A stretch of DNA of 63,758 bases, counting the filler, from Gonapodya sp. JEL0774 (Eukaryota), in assembly GCA_027604505.1 (NCBI GenBank). It is 44 parts of 44 records of this genome, joined end to end, with 100 filler letters (N's around TTAATTAATTAA, not from the genome) between each part and the next. Parts side by side here need not be neighbours in the genome. Positions count along the whole stretch, not along the records: positions 62,421 to 63,758 come from JADIIX010003316.1; 43 more parts are not named here. The stretch is one strand, 5' to 3'. Position numbers and translations under genes: made by a program. Below, piece by piece: positions 62,477 through 63,758 of the stretch (position 1 is the stretch's first letter; every line of letters begins with the position of its first letter). The notes below the pieces were generated by a model. It was not told the DNA's origin. It saw only the letters and a list, made by a program, of their open reading frames with translations, and made no database searches.

Positions 62477-63736
62477 TTTGGCAAAAACTCTCTGCCCACA
62501 ACCGCCTCCAACACCGAACTCTTTCCCGAGCTCTGACTTCCCACCACGACGATACTGGGGAGGTGCATCGCGTCGTCACCTCCGGCAGCGCTGTCGACAT
62601 TTTTGAGGATGTTGCGGACCTCGATGAGGTTACGGGTGAGTGAGGAGAATTCGTCGGGAGGAAGGGTCGGATTTGAGGTGGTGGATCGTGAAGCGCGGGC
62701 GGCGTGGCGTTTGGCCTCTTCGGCTTCTTCCTCCTGTTGTTTCCGCAGTGCGATGGCGGCCGCAGCTGCTGCTGCCGCGGCAGCTTCCGCGTCGTCCTTT
62801 TCTTTCTTGCGGCGGTCTCGTTCCTCACGCTCTTCCCGTTCGCGATCTTCTCGTTCTTGACGTTCCCTGTCCCGTTGTGCTTTGGCTTCGGCCTTTGCCG
62901 CGCGCTCACGTTCCTTCTCTTCCCGCTCACGTTCTCGCTTTTCCTCCAGCTCCTTGGCACGCTCTTCGGCTTGTTGGCGGCCTTTGGCACGGTTCTCGTC
63001 GAGTGAGGAAAGGAAGTCTTTGGCATTTTCGATCCTGGAGGTAATCCAGGTAAAGGCAGGGTTTGCTGAGAATTCTTCAATTTTAGAGTTCACGTAGGCA
63101 ACGCCGCCTGGGTGAGATGTTTATTGGCGGAGGAGAAGGGAGCGGGGGGTTTTGATTGGGTGAAGTTTTCGCCATTTGAGTGACCGGGATGAAGGAATCA
63201 TGTTAGAGAAAGTCGACAAGGGGGGACGGATCCACGCAATGAAGTGAAAGTATCGGAAGCTTCCTGGGCCCAGTTTCAGCCACATGAAACGAATCTTCTC
63301 CATATATGAATGTATGCAAATTGTATCCGAGCAACCATCGCAAATACCATCACACACGGTACACAGCCGGCTTTCACCGAAAACGAAGGCTGACATTATG
63401 GATCGCTATTTGAGCAAAAGCGAACGCACCTGCGGCAAGGCCTCCGAGCGCCAAGGGGATTCTAAACAAAGCAGGACCGAGGGCAACATATTTTGTTCCT
63501 GTGAAGACGGCTCTTTGTCTGGAAGGGAAGGATCTCTTAGGAAATCTGTTGATGAAAGAGGCGCGATTTTGTGAAGGGAAAGAGGAAGTTGAGAGGGAAC
63601 GAGCGAGTCGATTGAGGGAAGTTGAGTGCTGTCTCGAGAGGGAAAGAGGGAGACGGGAGACGCCATCACGTGAGCGAGTGGAGGTGGACAGAATGCGGTG
63701 GCGCAGCAGCATTGATGTTGTTGTGGGTGTCCGCAT
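62477..63736 (-). CDS. MGM1: Mitochondrial dynamin-like GTPase Mgm1/OPA1, 5' part
   Basis: Basic presequence, [20 protein letters not shown], poly-Ala, [12 protein letters not shown]...[29 protein letters not shown]. Confidence 0.9.
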
Positions 63737-63758
63737 TCTGAATCGACTCCAAGTGGGG

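Overview
This window is not one locus. It is an artificial concatenation of 44 short contigs (about 1363 bp falling to about 1338 bp, sorted by length), joined by 43 identical 100-bp linkers (44 N + TTAATTAATTAA + 44 N). Neighbourhood across linkers therefore carries no information. The DNA is eukaryotic and fungal-like: short GT-AG introns, fungal-type histone H3, MGM1, PXR1, NOG2, RTA1 and a large catalase. It most resembles an early-diverging zoosporic fungus; a Gonapodya-like monoblepharid is my inference from the selenoprotein and the F-box/ankyrin gene. Most contigs carry partial housekeeping genes or transposon fragments (Ngaro-like and DIRS1-like tyrosine-recombinase retroelements, a decayed PIF/Harbinger, a probable LINE ORF1). 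Best leads: (1) an animal-type thioredoxin reductase ending Gly-Cys-UGA(Sec)-Gly-stop, with a 3'UTR SECIS-like element whose apical part is expanded to about 90 nt, plus a second SECIS-like hairpin; (2) an intron-containing gene resembling the bacterial type III CRISPR-associated CorA-family membrane effector; (3) an intronless secreted protein with a beta/gamma-crystallin-like domain and a bacterial toxin-like DxYDF domain; (4) an intron-containing HNH/NUMOD1 homing-endonuclease-like gene; (5) an AUGA stop/start junction with a possible -1 frameshift signal between gag and RT of an Ngaro-like element; (6) a 7-exon Cache-like membrane sensor gene that the ORF track mostly misses. All family assignments come from motifs recognised by eye; no searches were run.
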